Positions 47,092 to 56,258 of a stretch of 64,000 nucleotides of DNA are shown piece by piece; position 1 is the first letter of the stretch, and each line of letters begins with the position of its first letter. The position numbers and the translations under genes were made by a program. The stretch is from Polyangiales bacterium. GTDB taxonomy: Bacteria; Myxococcota_A; Polyangia; Polyangiales; Polyangiaceae. Where the stretch lies: assembly GCA_038231275.1 (NCBI GenBank), contig JBBRLQ010000001.1:480001-544000 (forward strand), read 5' to 3'. The notes under the pieces are model-generated. The model was not told the origin of the DNA. It saw only the letters and a program-made list of their open reading frames with translations, and made no database searches.

Positions 47092-48918
47092 GTGGCATCT
47101 GCGCGCGCCGGAACGCCTCGCTCGTCCGAAGGCGGGCCGTCCGAGCGGGTCATCGGCGCGGCGCGCGCGGCGAGCGTGCTCCTTCCAGCGATCCTCGCGG
47201 CGGCGCACGTCGATCACGTCCCCGACGCGGCGCACGATCTCGGCGTCGCGCGGGTCGTCGGCCTCGGGTGGACCGGCGCGCTGCGCGGTCTCGACGTGCT
47301 CGCGGGGACGGCGTTCGCGTGGCTGCCGATTGGGACCCGCGCGTTTCGGGTGGGGCTCGCGTCGGCCGTGCTGTGCGGCGTCGGGGCCGGGCTCGTCTTC
47401 GAGCTCGGGTGGGCGCTCGTCTCGAGCGTGGCGCCGCGCGCGACGCGGTTGGGCCCCGCCGCGGCGGCGGTCGCTGCGCTCACCTGTGGCCTCTCGGTGG
47501 CGTGGCAGCTCGAGGCGGCGAGCGCGGGCACGCCGATCCTCGGCGCGATCCTCGTCCTCGGACCGCTCGTCGCGCTCGCGCGTGCGAAGAGCGTGCAGGA
47601 TGCACCGATCGCGACGATCGGGCTATTTTTAGGGCTCGCCGCGACCTACGAACCCCTGGTCGGGCTGGCGGCGTTTCTCTCCACGGCGGCCTTCGCGACG
47701 CTCGGCGGACGCGCGGAAGGGCTCGTCGCGAAGGAGCACGTTCGCAAGCTCGCGCCGCTCGCCTTCGCGGCAGCCGGCATCGCGCCCCTGGCGTTCGCGT
47801 TCTTGCGCGCACGCCATGACCCGCTCCTGGTCTTGCCGCGTCCGCCGCTCGCTTCCTTGCTCGGGGAGGCGGGCGCGTCGCCGCGGGGTTCGCCGATCGG
47901 GCTCGTGCACGCGGAGCTCGGGTTGGCGCTCGTGGTGCTGGCGGTCTTTGGACTGGTGCTCGCCGCGCGGTCGCCGAAGGGTCGACCGCTCGCGGCGGGG
48001 CTCTTCGCGATCGCGGCGGTGGGCTTCGCGGGTGCGGCCGTAGGTGCGCCCGCCGGGCCGACGCGCTGGGCGGGGCCGGTCCTCGCCGCGCTCGGCGCGC
48101 TCATGGCGCTGGCGGCCCTCGCGATGCAGGCGGTCGTTCGTGTCGTCGCGGATGCGCGCATCCCCTTCGCGCAGGCCAGCGCGGCGATGATCGTGGTCTT
48201 GCTCCTCGCGTTTCCGGCGCGCGTCGCCGACGACGCGTGGGGGCGCGCGGCCGATCGCGGGCGTGGCGGCGCGGTCGCGTGGGAGGAGGCGGCGTGGGGC
48301 GCTCTTCCGTTCGGAGCGGTCGTGCTTCTGGACGATCGGCGCGCGCTCGAGCGCATCGTCGCCGCGCGCGCCACCGGAGCGATGCGCGTCGATCTCGCGA
48401 TCGTGCCGTTCCGCGAGCTCTTGGGTCCGATGGCGTCGCTCGAGATCGCGCGCGAGCCGAAGCTCCAGGCGTTCCTCCGCGACATGGCGCTGGAGGGAGC
48501 GCCCGAGGAGCTGAGCCTCTCGTCGCTCGCCGCGGCGCGCCCGCTGGCGATGACGTTCGATCCGCGGTGGGACAAGCCGCTCTCGCGCCACCTCGTGCCG
48601 GCCGGGATGGTCGCGCGATTCGAGACGGAGCCGCGCGGCTCCAGCGATCGCAAGCGCGCGCTCGATCTCGGCGATGCCGCGCGCGCGCGCTTCGAGCGTC
48701 TCGTCACCCGCCCGCGGGATCTCGAGCTCTGCGCCGCGGCGGCCTCGCTCCTCCGTTCGCGCACCGTCGCGTTCGCGGCCGCAGGCGATCGCGAGGTCGT
48801 CGCGCGGGGCCTCGACGAGCTGAGGCCGTTTGCGCCGGACGACGCTGTGGCGAGCGAGCTGTCGCGTCGCGTCGTCAGCAGCAAGGGCGGCATCGAGGTG
48901 AAGGATCTTCACCCCTAG
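47092..48918 (+). CDS. Polytopic membrane protein, possibly a DUF2723/GT-C-like glycosyltransferase
   Basis: Many hydrophobic segments plus a soluble C-terminal part; WLPIGTRAFRV resembles DUF2723; family call tentative. Confidence 0.55.
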   Translation: MASARAGTPRSSEGGPSERVIGAARAASVLLPAILAAAHVDHVPDAAHDLGVARVVGLGWTGALRGLDVLAGTAFAWLPIGTRAFRVGLASAVLCGVGAGLVFELGWALVSSVAPRATRLGPAAAAVAALTCGLSVAWQLEAASAGTPILGAILVLGPLVALARAKSVQDAPIATIGLFLGLAATYEPLVGLAAFLSTAAFATLGGRAEGLVAKEHVRKLAPLAFAAAGIAPLAFAFLRARHDPLLVLPRPPLASLLGEAGASPRGSPIGLVHAELGLALVVLAVFGLVLAARSPKGRPLAAGLFAIAAVGFAGAAVGAPAGPTRWAGPVLAALGALMALAALAMQAVVRVVADARIPFAQASAAMIVVLLLAFPARVADDAWGRAADRGRGGAVAWEEAAWGALPFGAVVLLDDRRALERIVAARATGAMRVDLAIVPFRELLGPMASLEIAREPKLQAFLRDMALEGAPEELSLSSLAAARPLAMTFDPRWDKPLSRHLVPAGMVARFETEPRGSSDRKRALDLGDAARARFERLVTRPRDLELCAAAASLLRSRTVAFAAAGDREVVARGLDELRPFAPDDAVASELSRRVVSSKGGIEVKDLHP

Positions 48919-48934
48919 TTGCATGGCCGGCGTA

Positions 48935-48955
48935 AAAGAGTAATACATACTTTAT
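48935..48955. promoter_or_regulatory. Putative NrtR-type operator
   Basis: AT-rich imperfect palindrome AAAGAGT-AATACAT-ACTTTAT (GT-N7-AC) abutting the PARG start. Confidence 0.55.
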
Positions 48956-49772
48956 GTCACTTCAGGAGATCGCCGCCGAGACCGTCCGAATCGTCGACGC
49001 CGGCATGTATCGCGCGCCTTCGGGCCGTGACGTCCGGATCGACGCGCTCGTCGCCGCCGCCGAACGAGGCACCGCGCTGGTGCGACCGGGCGAGACGGAC
49101 GAGGTCGCGTTCGAGGCCCGCGCAGGAAAATGCGAGATCGAAGTGGTGCCGGAGACGACCGCGAAGGCCGCGCGCCGGCTCGTCCTGGCCGGGCATCCGC
49201 GCGTCGCGGCGCTGAACTTCGCGTCCGCCACGAACCCGGGCGGCGGCTTCCTCGGTGGCGCGATCGCCCAAGAGGAAGACCTGGCGCGTGCTTCGGCCCT
49301 CTACAAGTGCCTCCTCGCGCAGCCCGCGTACTACGCCGTGCACCGCAAGAGCCCGTCGCCGATCTACACCGACCACCTCGTCTACTCGCCCGACGTCCCG
49401 TTCTTCCGGGACCACGAGCTGACGTTGATCGAGGAGCCGTTCACCGTCTCGATCCTGACCGCCGCCGCGCCGAACGCAGGCGAGGCGCTCGCGGTCGACG
49501 TCAACGCCGCGCCCGCGATCGCAGCGGCGCTCGAGAAACGTGCGCGCGTGGTGCTCGACGTCGCGGCTGCGCGTGGGCACAGGGTCCTTGTCCTCGGCGC
49601 GTGGGGCTGCGGCGTGTTCCGGAACGATCCGGCGCAGGTCGCCAACATCTTCGCGCATTGGCTCGAGCACGCGCGGTTTCGCGGCGCCTTCGAGCGCGTC
49701 GTTTTCGCGATCTACGACCGCGCGCTCCGCCAGCCGAGCCTCACCGCGTTCCGCGATCGCTTTTCCGACTAG
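48954..49772 (+). CDS. TIGR02452-type bacterial poly(ADP-ribose) glycohydrolase (macrodomain)
   Basis: LNFASATNPGGGFLGGAIAQEEDLARAS and LGAWGCGVFRN motifs. Confidence 0.92.
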   Translation: MSLQEIAAETVRIVDAGMYRAPSGRDVRIDALVAAAERGTALVRPGETDEVAFEARAGKCEIEVVPETTAKAARRLVLAGHPRVAALNFASATNPGGGFLGGAIAQEEDLARASALYKCLLAQPAYYAVHRKSPSPIYTDHLVYSPDVPFFRDHELTLIEEPFTVSILTAAAPNAGEALAVDVNAAPAIAAALEKRARVVLDVAAARGHRVLVLGAWGCGVFRNDPAQVANIFAHWLEHARFRGAFERVVFAIYDRALRQPSLTAFRDRFSD

Positions 49773-49805
49773 CCGCACCGGGTGCACGGTGGGAACATCG
49801 CGCGC

Positions 49806-51188
49806 ATGATTGGTGCCATCGACGTGAAGCAGCTCCGCGCGCTCTTCCAGCAGCGCGGCATCAAGAAGGTCAAGGTGGGCGGCTTCGACATCGACGGTGT
49901 CCTCCGCGGAAAATACGCGAGCCTCGACAAGTTCTGGAGCATGGTGGAGAGCGGCTTCGGCTTCTGCGACGTCATCTTCGGGTGGGACATCGCCGACGTC
50001 CTCTACGACAACGCGAAGGTCACGGGCTGGGCCACCGGCTATCCCGACACGCACGCGCGCGTCGACCTCTCGACGTTCCGCGTCATCCCGCACGAGCCCG
50101 ACACAGCCGCGTTCCTCGTCGACTTCGTGACCGAGGACGGCGCGCCGCATCCGGCGTGCCCGCGCGGCCTCCTCAAGTCCATCCTCGCGAAGGCGAAGGG
50201 CATGGGCTACTCGGCGACGTTCGCGACCGAGTTCGAGTTCTTCGTCTTCAAGGAGACGCCCGAGTCGCTGCGCCAGAAGGGCTTCCGCAACATGACGCCG
50301 CTCTCGCCCGGCATGTTCGGCTACTCGTGGCTGCGCGAAGGGCAAAATAGCGATTTTTGCCGAGCGATCTGGGACGAATCGGAGGCGTTCGACATCCCGA
50401 TCGAGGCGCTCCACACCGAGACCGGGCCCGGCGTGTACGAGGTCGCGCTGCGGTACGACGAGGCGCTGCGCATGGCGGACAAGGCCGCGCTCTTCAAGAC
50501 GCACCTGAAGCAGCTGTGCACCCGGCGCGGCCTGCAAGCCACGTTCATGGCGAAGTGGAACGAGAGCCTGCCCGGCTCGAGCGGCCACCTCCATCAGTCG
50601 CTCTGGAGCGGGGACGGCGCGAAGAAGAAGAAGACGAACGTTTTTTACGACGCGAAGAGCCCGAAGGACTTGTCGGCCCTCGCGAAGAATTACCTCGGCG
50701 GCCAGCTCGCGCTCATGCCCGAGCTCACCGCGCTCTACGCGCCGACGATCAACAGCTACAAGCGCTACGTGCCCGGCGTGTGGGCGCCGCTCACCGCCTC
50801 GTGGGGGCTCGAGAACCGCACATGCGCGATCCGCGCGATCTTGGGCGGCGCGGCCGGCACACGTCTCGAGTACCGGCAGACGGCGGCGGACATCAACCCG
50901 TACATCGCGATCGCGACGTGCCTCGCCGCGGGACTCTGGGGCGTCGAGAAGAAGATCACGCCGTCGAAGGCCTCGAAGGGGGACGCGTCACGCGCGGACG
51001 ACGCCGCCGCCGCGCTGCCGCGCACGCTAAAAGAGGCGACCGAGCGCCTCGCCGCGAGCAAGGGCGCGCGAGCGATCCTGGGCGCTCCGTTCGTCGACCA
51101 CTTCGTCCGGACGCGCGAATGGGAAGTGCGGCAATACGAGCGCGTCGTCACCGAGTGGGAGCTCGCGCGATATTTCGAGTCGATCTGA
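49806..51188 (+). CDS. Glutamine synthetase-like gamma-glutamyl-amine ligase
   Basis: DIDGVLRGK, EFEF, HTETGPGVYE, SSGHLHQS, NSYKR and ENRT motifs. Confidence 0.92.
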   Translation: MIGAIDVKQLRALFQQRGIKKVKVGGFDIDGVLRGKYASLDKFWSMVESGFGFCDVIFGWDIADVLYDNAKVTGWATGYPDTHARVDLSTFRVIPHEPDTAAFLVDFVTEDGAPHPACPRGLLKSILAKAKGMGYSATFATEFEFFVFKETPESLRQKGFRNMTPLSPGMFGYSWLREGQNSDFCRAIWDESEAFDIPIEALHTETGPGVYEVALRYDEALRMADKAALFKTHLKQLCTRRGLQATFMAKWNESLPGSSGHLHQSLWSGDGAKKKKTNVFYDAKSPKDLSALAKNYLGGQLALMPELTALYAPTINSYKRYVPGVWAPLTASWGLENRTCAIRAILGGAAGTRLEYRQTAADINPYIAIATCLAAGLWGVEKKITPSKASKGDASRADDAAAALPRTLKEATERLAASKGARAILGAPFVDHFVRTREWEVRQYERVVTEWELARYFESI

Positions 51189-51256
51189 TCGTCGTTCTAT
51201 ACCCCGCCGGAATTGTTCGGCGTGCGCGGGCGTCCGGGGTTACCCTCGTGCCGCGC

Positions 51257-51751
51257 ATGAAGGAACCGTCCGCTCTGCACGAGGTCGGCGTCAGCGTCGA
51301 CTTCGGCGTCTTCAAGATGAACGCGAAGTGGGCGCCCGATCCGCGCCAGCGCGACGCCGCGTGGGCGATGTACGTCGAGCTCTCGACACGCATCGCGACG
51401 CAGGATCTGGATCTCGAGGTGGGCCTCCTCCGCGAGGCGCTCGACTCGCTCCACGCGCTCTTCGGTGTCACGCGCGAGATCCTCCGCAAGGAGGGCGCGC
51501 ACGTCGGCAAGGAGCCGAACACGGTCGGCGGAATGTCGATCCAAGTGCTCAATGCGGGGATCCGCCCGTTCCTGACGAAGTGGCACCCGCGCCTGGCGGA
51601 CTGGGAGACGCACAAAGATCCGCACACGAGCACGCTGTCGCACGAGCGCGCGTGGCAAGACGAAGCGAAATGCCGCGGCGAGCTGGCGAAGCTCCAGCGA
51701 GGCCTTTTGACCTATGCCGAAGCGCTCGGGAAAATCGCCGGCGCGGCCTGA
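51257..51751 (+). CDS. Hypothetical helical protein (first gene of the TIR operon)
   Basis: AAWAMYVELSTRIATQ, REALDSL and VLNAGIRPFLTKWHP segments; host-like codon usage. Confidence 0.8.
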   Translation: MKEPSALHEVGVSVDFGVFKMNAKWAPDPRQRDAAWAMYVELSTRIATQDLDLEVGLLREALDSLHALFGVTREILRKEGAHVGKEPNTVGGMSIQVLNAGIRPFLTKWHPRLADWETHKDPHTSTLSHERAWQDEAKCRGELAKLQRGLLTYAEALGKIAGAA

Positions 51752-51758
51752 GGCGGGG

Positions 51759-52418
51759 GTGACCTCGGTCTCGGTCTCGCGAAGCGCACGCGCGCGCGAC
51801 GACGGGCGGGGCGAAGGCGCGCCCGCCTACGACTACGAGGTCTTCGTCAGCTACCGGCGGCGCGATCCGGTGCTGTCGTGGATGAACAACCATTTTTTCC
51901 CAAAGCTCGTTCACTGGCTGCCGCAGTTCTGGCCGAGCGAGCTGCCCACGCCGCGCGTCGCGAAGGACGATCAGATGGAGACGGGCGTACGGTGGCCCGA
52001 TCGCCTCGCGCAGATGCACGCGGGCTCGCGGTGCATGGTCGCGATCCTGTCGCCCGAGTATTTTCGCTCGGAGTGGTGCACGAGCGAGTGGCGGGCGATG
52101 CAGGCGCGGGAGAAGGTCGTCGGGATGGCGACGAAGAGCCGGACGCGCGGCCTCATTTTCCCGGTCCTCTTCTGCGGAGACACGTCGGTGCTCCCCAAAG
52201 AGGCGGCGGCGCGGCAGTGGGCGGACTTCACGCGCCTCAATTTCCCGGACGAAGTGTTCCGCTTTCATCCCACGTACCTCGAGCTCGATCAGGCCGTGCA
52301 AGGCGTCGCGCGCGATCTCGTCTCGATGATCAAGAGCGCGCCGCCGCGCCGCGCGTGGCCTCGGCTCGAAGCCCCCAAGACGCTCGCGCGGCCGCCCATC
52401 GCGCTCCCGAGGCTTTGA
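51759..52418 (+). CDS. TIR domain protein
   Basis: YEVFVSYRR, G-x-x-W, MVAILSPEYFRSEWCTSEW (catalytic Glu) and IFPV motifs; start uncertain. Confidence 0.88.
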   Translation: MTSVSVSRSARARDDGRGEGAPAYDYEVFVSYRRRDPVLSWMNNHFFPKLVHWLPQFWPSELPTPRVAKDDQMETGVRWPDRLAQMHAGSRCMVAILSPEYFRSEWCTSEWRAMQAREKVVGMATKSRTRGLIFPVLFCGDTSVLPKEAAARQWADFTRLNFPDEVFRFHPTYLELDQAVQGVARDLVSMIKSAPPRRAWPRLEAPKTLARPPIALPRL

Positions 52419-52421
52419 GAG

Positions 52422-54143
52422 ATGGGCACGATCGTCACCTTCTACTCGTACAAAGGCGGCACCGGTCGCACGCTGGCTCTCGCCAACGTCGCCACGCTGC
52501 TCGCGCAGTGGGGGCACAAGGTCCTCTGCGTCGATTGGGATCTCGAGGCACCGGGGCTTCACCTCTACTTCGAGCGCCAAGCAGCGCCGGCGAAGGGCGG
52601 CCTCGTCGAGGTCATCGGGGCGCTCGCGAGCGGCCAGAAAAAATCGTCGTGGCAGCGCTACGTCGTTCGTACGGAGATCGGCGCGCGGGGCAAGCACGCG
52701 CGGGCGCGAAAGGGCAAAGGGCGGCTCGATCTCCTCGCGGCGGGAAAGCCCGGGCGCGGGTACGTCGCGCGGCTCCAAGCGCTCGACTGGAGCGCGCTCT
52801 ACGCCAAGGGGCTCGGCGAGGAGATCGAGCGCCTGCGTGAAGAGTGGTCGGCGGCGTACGACTTCGTGCTCCTCGACAGCCGCACCGGCATCACCGACAT
52901 CGGCGGCATCTGCACGGCGCAGCTTCCCGACATCCTCGTCCTGATGGCGACGGCGAACGATCAGAGCCTCGAAGGGATCGTCGACGTCGCCGATCGCGCG
53001 CGCGCCGCACGATCGCGGATGCCGCTCGACAAGCCCGTTTTGCACTGCGTCCCAGTGCCCTCGCGTTTCGACGTGCACATGGAGAGCGCGATCAGCGCCA
53101 AGTGGCTCCAAAAATTCGCGACGCGCCTCGAGCCGTATTATCGGACGTGGCTCCACACCGCGATCGCGCCGTCCGAGATCCTCGCGCACGTGAAAATTCC
53201 GTACACGCCGGTGTGGAGCTTCGGTGAGCGCTTGCCCGTCATCGACGAGGGCACCGCGGATCCGGAGTCGATCGGGTTCGCGCTCGAGACGCTCGCGGCG
53301 CTCGTCGCGCACAAATTGGCGTACTCCGACGTCCTCGTACGCAACCGGGACAGCTTCCTCGCGGCGGCGCGTGGCGCGCGCGCAGAAGAGGACGCGTCGC
53401 GCGGAGAGTTCGGCACGGACGTCTTCGTGAGCCACGGCGCCGCCGACGGCGAGCTCGCGTCGCGCCTCTCGCGCGCGCTGAAAAAGCGCGGTCTCGCTGT
53501 GACTCGGCACGAGCGCGGCGGCGAGACTGCGCTGGCGCGCGAGCAATCGCTGCGCGGCGCGAAGAACCTGCTCACGATCGTGGGTCCCGAGTTCGGCGGG
53601 TGGCAGCTCGAGGAGACGATGAGCTTCCTCAAGATGGCCAACGCGCCGAGCCAGCGCGTCGTCGTGCTCCTCACGCGCGACGCCCGTCCGGCCGACGTGC
53701 CGCCGCTCCTTCGCGACGCGCCCGTGCTGGACGATCGACGACCCGAAGGCGCGCTCGTCGATCGCCTGGCGTCGGTGATGGGGTCGCTCGCGCGCGCCGA
53801 CGATCCGCAACACGGATTGTGGGGGCGCCGCGCCGAGCGCGCAGGCCGCGAGCTGACCGCCAAGGTGCGCCCCGTGAAGGGCGAGCGCGATCTCTACCGG
53901 ATCGATCTCACCGTCACGCGCGCGAAGGGGGCGTCGCCGATTCGCGGTCCGGTGCGCTTCCACCTGCATCCGTCGTTCAAGCGCCACGTTCGCGAGGTCG
54001 AGCCGGCCGGCGGCGTCGCGTCCCTGTCGGTCCTCGGCGCGAGCGCGTTCACCGTCGGCGCCGAGCTCGACGACGGCGCGACCATCCTCGAGCTCGATCT
54101 CGCGCGCGTGCCCGGCGTTCCCAAGGGGTTCGTCGACGTCTGA
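52422..54143 (+). CDS. ParA/MinD-like (KGGxGR) ATPase - TIR - pYEATS fusion protein
   Basis: TFYSYKGGTGRT, DWDLEAPG and LDSRTG; DVFVSH...WQLEE; VRFHLHPSF...AFTVGA...LELDL. Confidence 0.85.
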   Translation: MGTIVTFYSYKGGTGRTLALANVATLLAQWGHKVLCVDWDLEAPGLHLYFERQAAPAKGGLVEVIGALASGQKKSSWQRYVVRTEIGARGKHARARKGKGRLDLLAAGKPGRGYVARLQALDWSALYAKGLGEEIERLREEWSAAYDFVLLDSRTGITDIGGICTAQLPDILVLMATANDQSLEGIVDVADRARAARSRMPLDKPVLHCVPVPSRFDVHMESAISAKWLQKFATRLEPYYRTWLHTAIAPSEILAHVKIPYTPVWSFGERLPVIDEGTADPESIGFALETLAALVAHKLAYSDVLVRNRDSFLAAARGARAEEDASRGEFGTDVFVSHGAADGELASRLSRALKKRGLAVTRHERGGETALAREQSLRGAKNLLTIVGPEFGGWQLEETMSFLKMANAPSQRVVVLLTRDARPADVPPLLRDAPVLDDRRPEGALVDRLASVMGSLARADDPQHGLWGRRAERAGRELTAKVRPVKGERDLYRIDLTVTRAKGASPIRGPVRFHLHPSFKRHVREVEPAGGVASLSVLGASAFTVGAELDDGATILELDLARVPGVPKGFVDV

Positions 54144-54179
54144 ACCGCCCGCCCGCGAGCGTGCTACCGTCGAGCAGTC

Positions 54180-55025
54180 ATGAGGCTCGCCGCCATCGCC
54201 CTCGCGCTGTCGCTTCCGCTCTTAGCCGCATCGTCTGCGCGCGCCGCCGGTCCGCCGCCACCTGAGGGCGCCGTGCACATGAAGGACGGCGGCCTCATCC
54301 GCGGCGGCCTCCTCGAGGTGAAGCCCGACGATCACGTCACGGTGCTCCTCGCGACCGGGCAGACCGCGACGATCCCTTGGCATCTCGTCGATCGCATCGA
54401 AGGAATCGCCAGCACCGCGCCGCCGTCGGCCCTGGTCGTCGTCCCTCCGCCGCCGCGACGCACCGCCCTCGTGCACATCGAGTCCGATCGACCGGTCCGC
54501 CTCGAGGCCGCGACCGGCAAGAAGAGCTTCGACTTCGTCTGCCAATCGCCGTGCGACAAGGAGGTCGATCTCGACCGGCGCTACCGAATCGGCGGCGACG
54601 GCGTGCGCAACACGAGCCCGTTCTCGATCGAGGCGCAGCCGCACCAGCGCGTCGTCATCGACGTCGACACGTCGTCGAAGGGCTCGTTCGTCGGCGGCAT
54701 CGTGCTCGTGAGCATCTCGCCGGTCGTGGCGCTCATCGGCCTCGTCGTCTACGCGGTCAGCTCGATCACGCTCGACGGCTCGGGCGGGAGCGACAGTGGT
54801 CGGACCGTCGGCGTCGTCATGGGGGTCGGCGGCCTCGTCGGCATCGTCCTCGGCACGGTCATGATCATCTCCAGCTCGAGCTCGAAGCAGTCGCAATCGA
54901 TCGCCGGTCCTCCTCCTCCCGGCACGCCGCCCGCGCGCGACGCCGCACGCGAGCCGATCTGGCACACCGGCGTCGTCGCCCCGCCCGCCGCGACGACGTT
55001 CGAGGTCCCGGTCCTCCGCTTCTGA
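54180..55025 (+). CDS. Secreted/membrane protein (PEGA-like domain, two C-terminal hydrophobic segments)
   Basis: Signal peptide; VCQSPC; TM-like segments. Confidence 0.72.
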   Translation: MRLAAIALALSLPLLAASSARAAGPPPPEGAVHMKDGGLIRGGLLEVKPDDHVTVLLATGQTATIPWHLVDRIEGIASTAPPSALVVVPPPPRRTALVHIESDRPVRLEAATGKKSFDFVCQSPCDKEVDLDRRYRIGGDGVRNTSPFSIEAQPHQRVVIDVDTSSKGSFVGGIVLVSISPVVALIGLVVYAVSSITLDGSGGSDSGRTVGVVMGVGGLVGIVLGTVMIISSSSSKQSQSIAGPPPPGTPPARDAAREPIWHTGVVAPPAATTFEVPVLRF

Positions 55026-55045
55026 TTCGGATTTCGGAAGGCGCC

Positions 55046-56074
55046 CTAGCGCGTCGCCGGACGCCGGTCGCGGTTCTGCCAACCAAGCATCCAGCCCGGA
55101 TACTCCGGCGGGAGCGCGCTTGCCTCGTCCAGCTTGGCGATGTGCTCGGGCGCGAGCTCCGTGTCCGCCGCGGTGAGGTTGTCCTTCAGCTGCTCCATCG
55201 TCTTGGCGCCGATGATGACGCTCGTCACGAAGGGCTTCGTGAGCTGCCACGCGAGCGCGACGCGCGCAACCGAGAGGCCCGTCGCCTCGCCGACCGCACG
55301 CAGCGCCTTCAGCACCGTCGGCAAGCGACCGCGGTCGACCGGCGGAAAATCAAACGACGTGCGCCGCGCCCCCTCGGGGTTCGGCTTGTCGGGATCGAAC
55401 TTTCCGGAGAGCAGCCCACCCGCGAGCGGGCTCCACGGCAGGATCGCCAGCCCCTGATCCTGCGCAAACGGCACGATTTCTCGCTCGATGTCGCGTCCCG
55501 CGATCGAGTAGTAGACCTGCGCGCTCACGAACTTCGTGAGGCCGTTGGCGTGTGCGAACGCGTTCGCCTTCATCGCCTGCCACGCCGACAGGTTGCAGAA
55601 GCCGATGTACCGCACCTTCCCGCTCCGGACGACGTCGTCGAGCGCGCGCATCGTCTCTTCGAAGGGTGTGTCGATGTCGAAGCCGTGAATTTGGTAGAGG
55701 TCCACGTAGTCGAGCTCGAGGCGCGAGAGGCTCGCGTCGATCGAGGAGAGAATGTGTCCGCGCGATAGGCCGACCTGGTTTGGGCCAGGACCGGTGCGTC
55801 CGCGGCACTTCGTCGCGAGGAAGATCTGATCGCGCGGCCGGCCCAGCTTGGCGAGTGCCGCGCCGACGAGCTTCTCCGACTCTCCCTCGGAGTACACGTC
55901 GGCGGTGTCGATGAAGTTCACCCCCGCGTCGAGCGACGCGCCGACGAGCGCCTCCGCGTCCGCCGCACCGAGCTTGCCGACGACCTCCCAAAAGCCCTTC
56001 CCGCCGAACGTCATGCTGCCGAAGCAGAGCTCCGACACGTACACCCCCGTTTTTCCGAGCAGTCGGTAGCGCAT
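55046..56074 (-). CDS. Aldo/keto reductase
   Basis: MRYRLLGKTG, IDTADVYS, DLYQIH, WSPLAGG and IIGA motifs. Confidence 0.95.
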   Translation of the reverse strand: MRYRLLGKTGVYVSELCFGSMTFGGKGFWEVVGKLGAADAEALVGASLDAGVNFIDTADVYSEGESEKLVGAALAKLGRPRDQIFLATKCRGRTGPGPNQVGLSRGHILSSIDASLSRLELDYVDLYQIHGFDIDTPFEETMRALDDVVRSGKVRYIGFCNLSAWQAMKANAFAHANGLTKFVSAQVYYSIAGRDIEREIVPFAQDQGLAILPWSPLAGGLLSGKFDPDKPNPEGARRTSFDFPPVDRGRLPTVLKALRAVGEATGLSVARVALAWQLTKPFVTSVIIGAKTMEQLKDNLTAADTELAPEHIAKLDEASALPPEYPGWMLGWQNRDRRPATR

Positions 56075-56258
56075 GGTGAACCTCCGGTGGGGTAGTGATG
56101 CCGGGCGCTCGCTCTTGGTTGCGCGCGGTTTCGCGAAGGGCCCTCGCGCCTCGATTCTGCGGTGCCCACACATCCAGAGGCGATAGGATCGTGAGGATGT
56201 GGCACGATCGTCCACACTCGGGCGGACAATGGCCGCCGGACTCCCATCGCGCGCAGCC

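Noticed and set aside
49806-51188. Canonical glnA
   Set aside because: Sequence features and context fit GS-like gamma-glutamyl-amine ligases, so no gene symbol was given.
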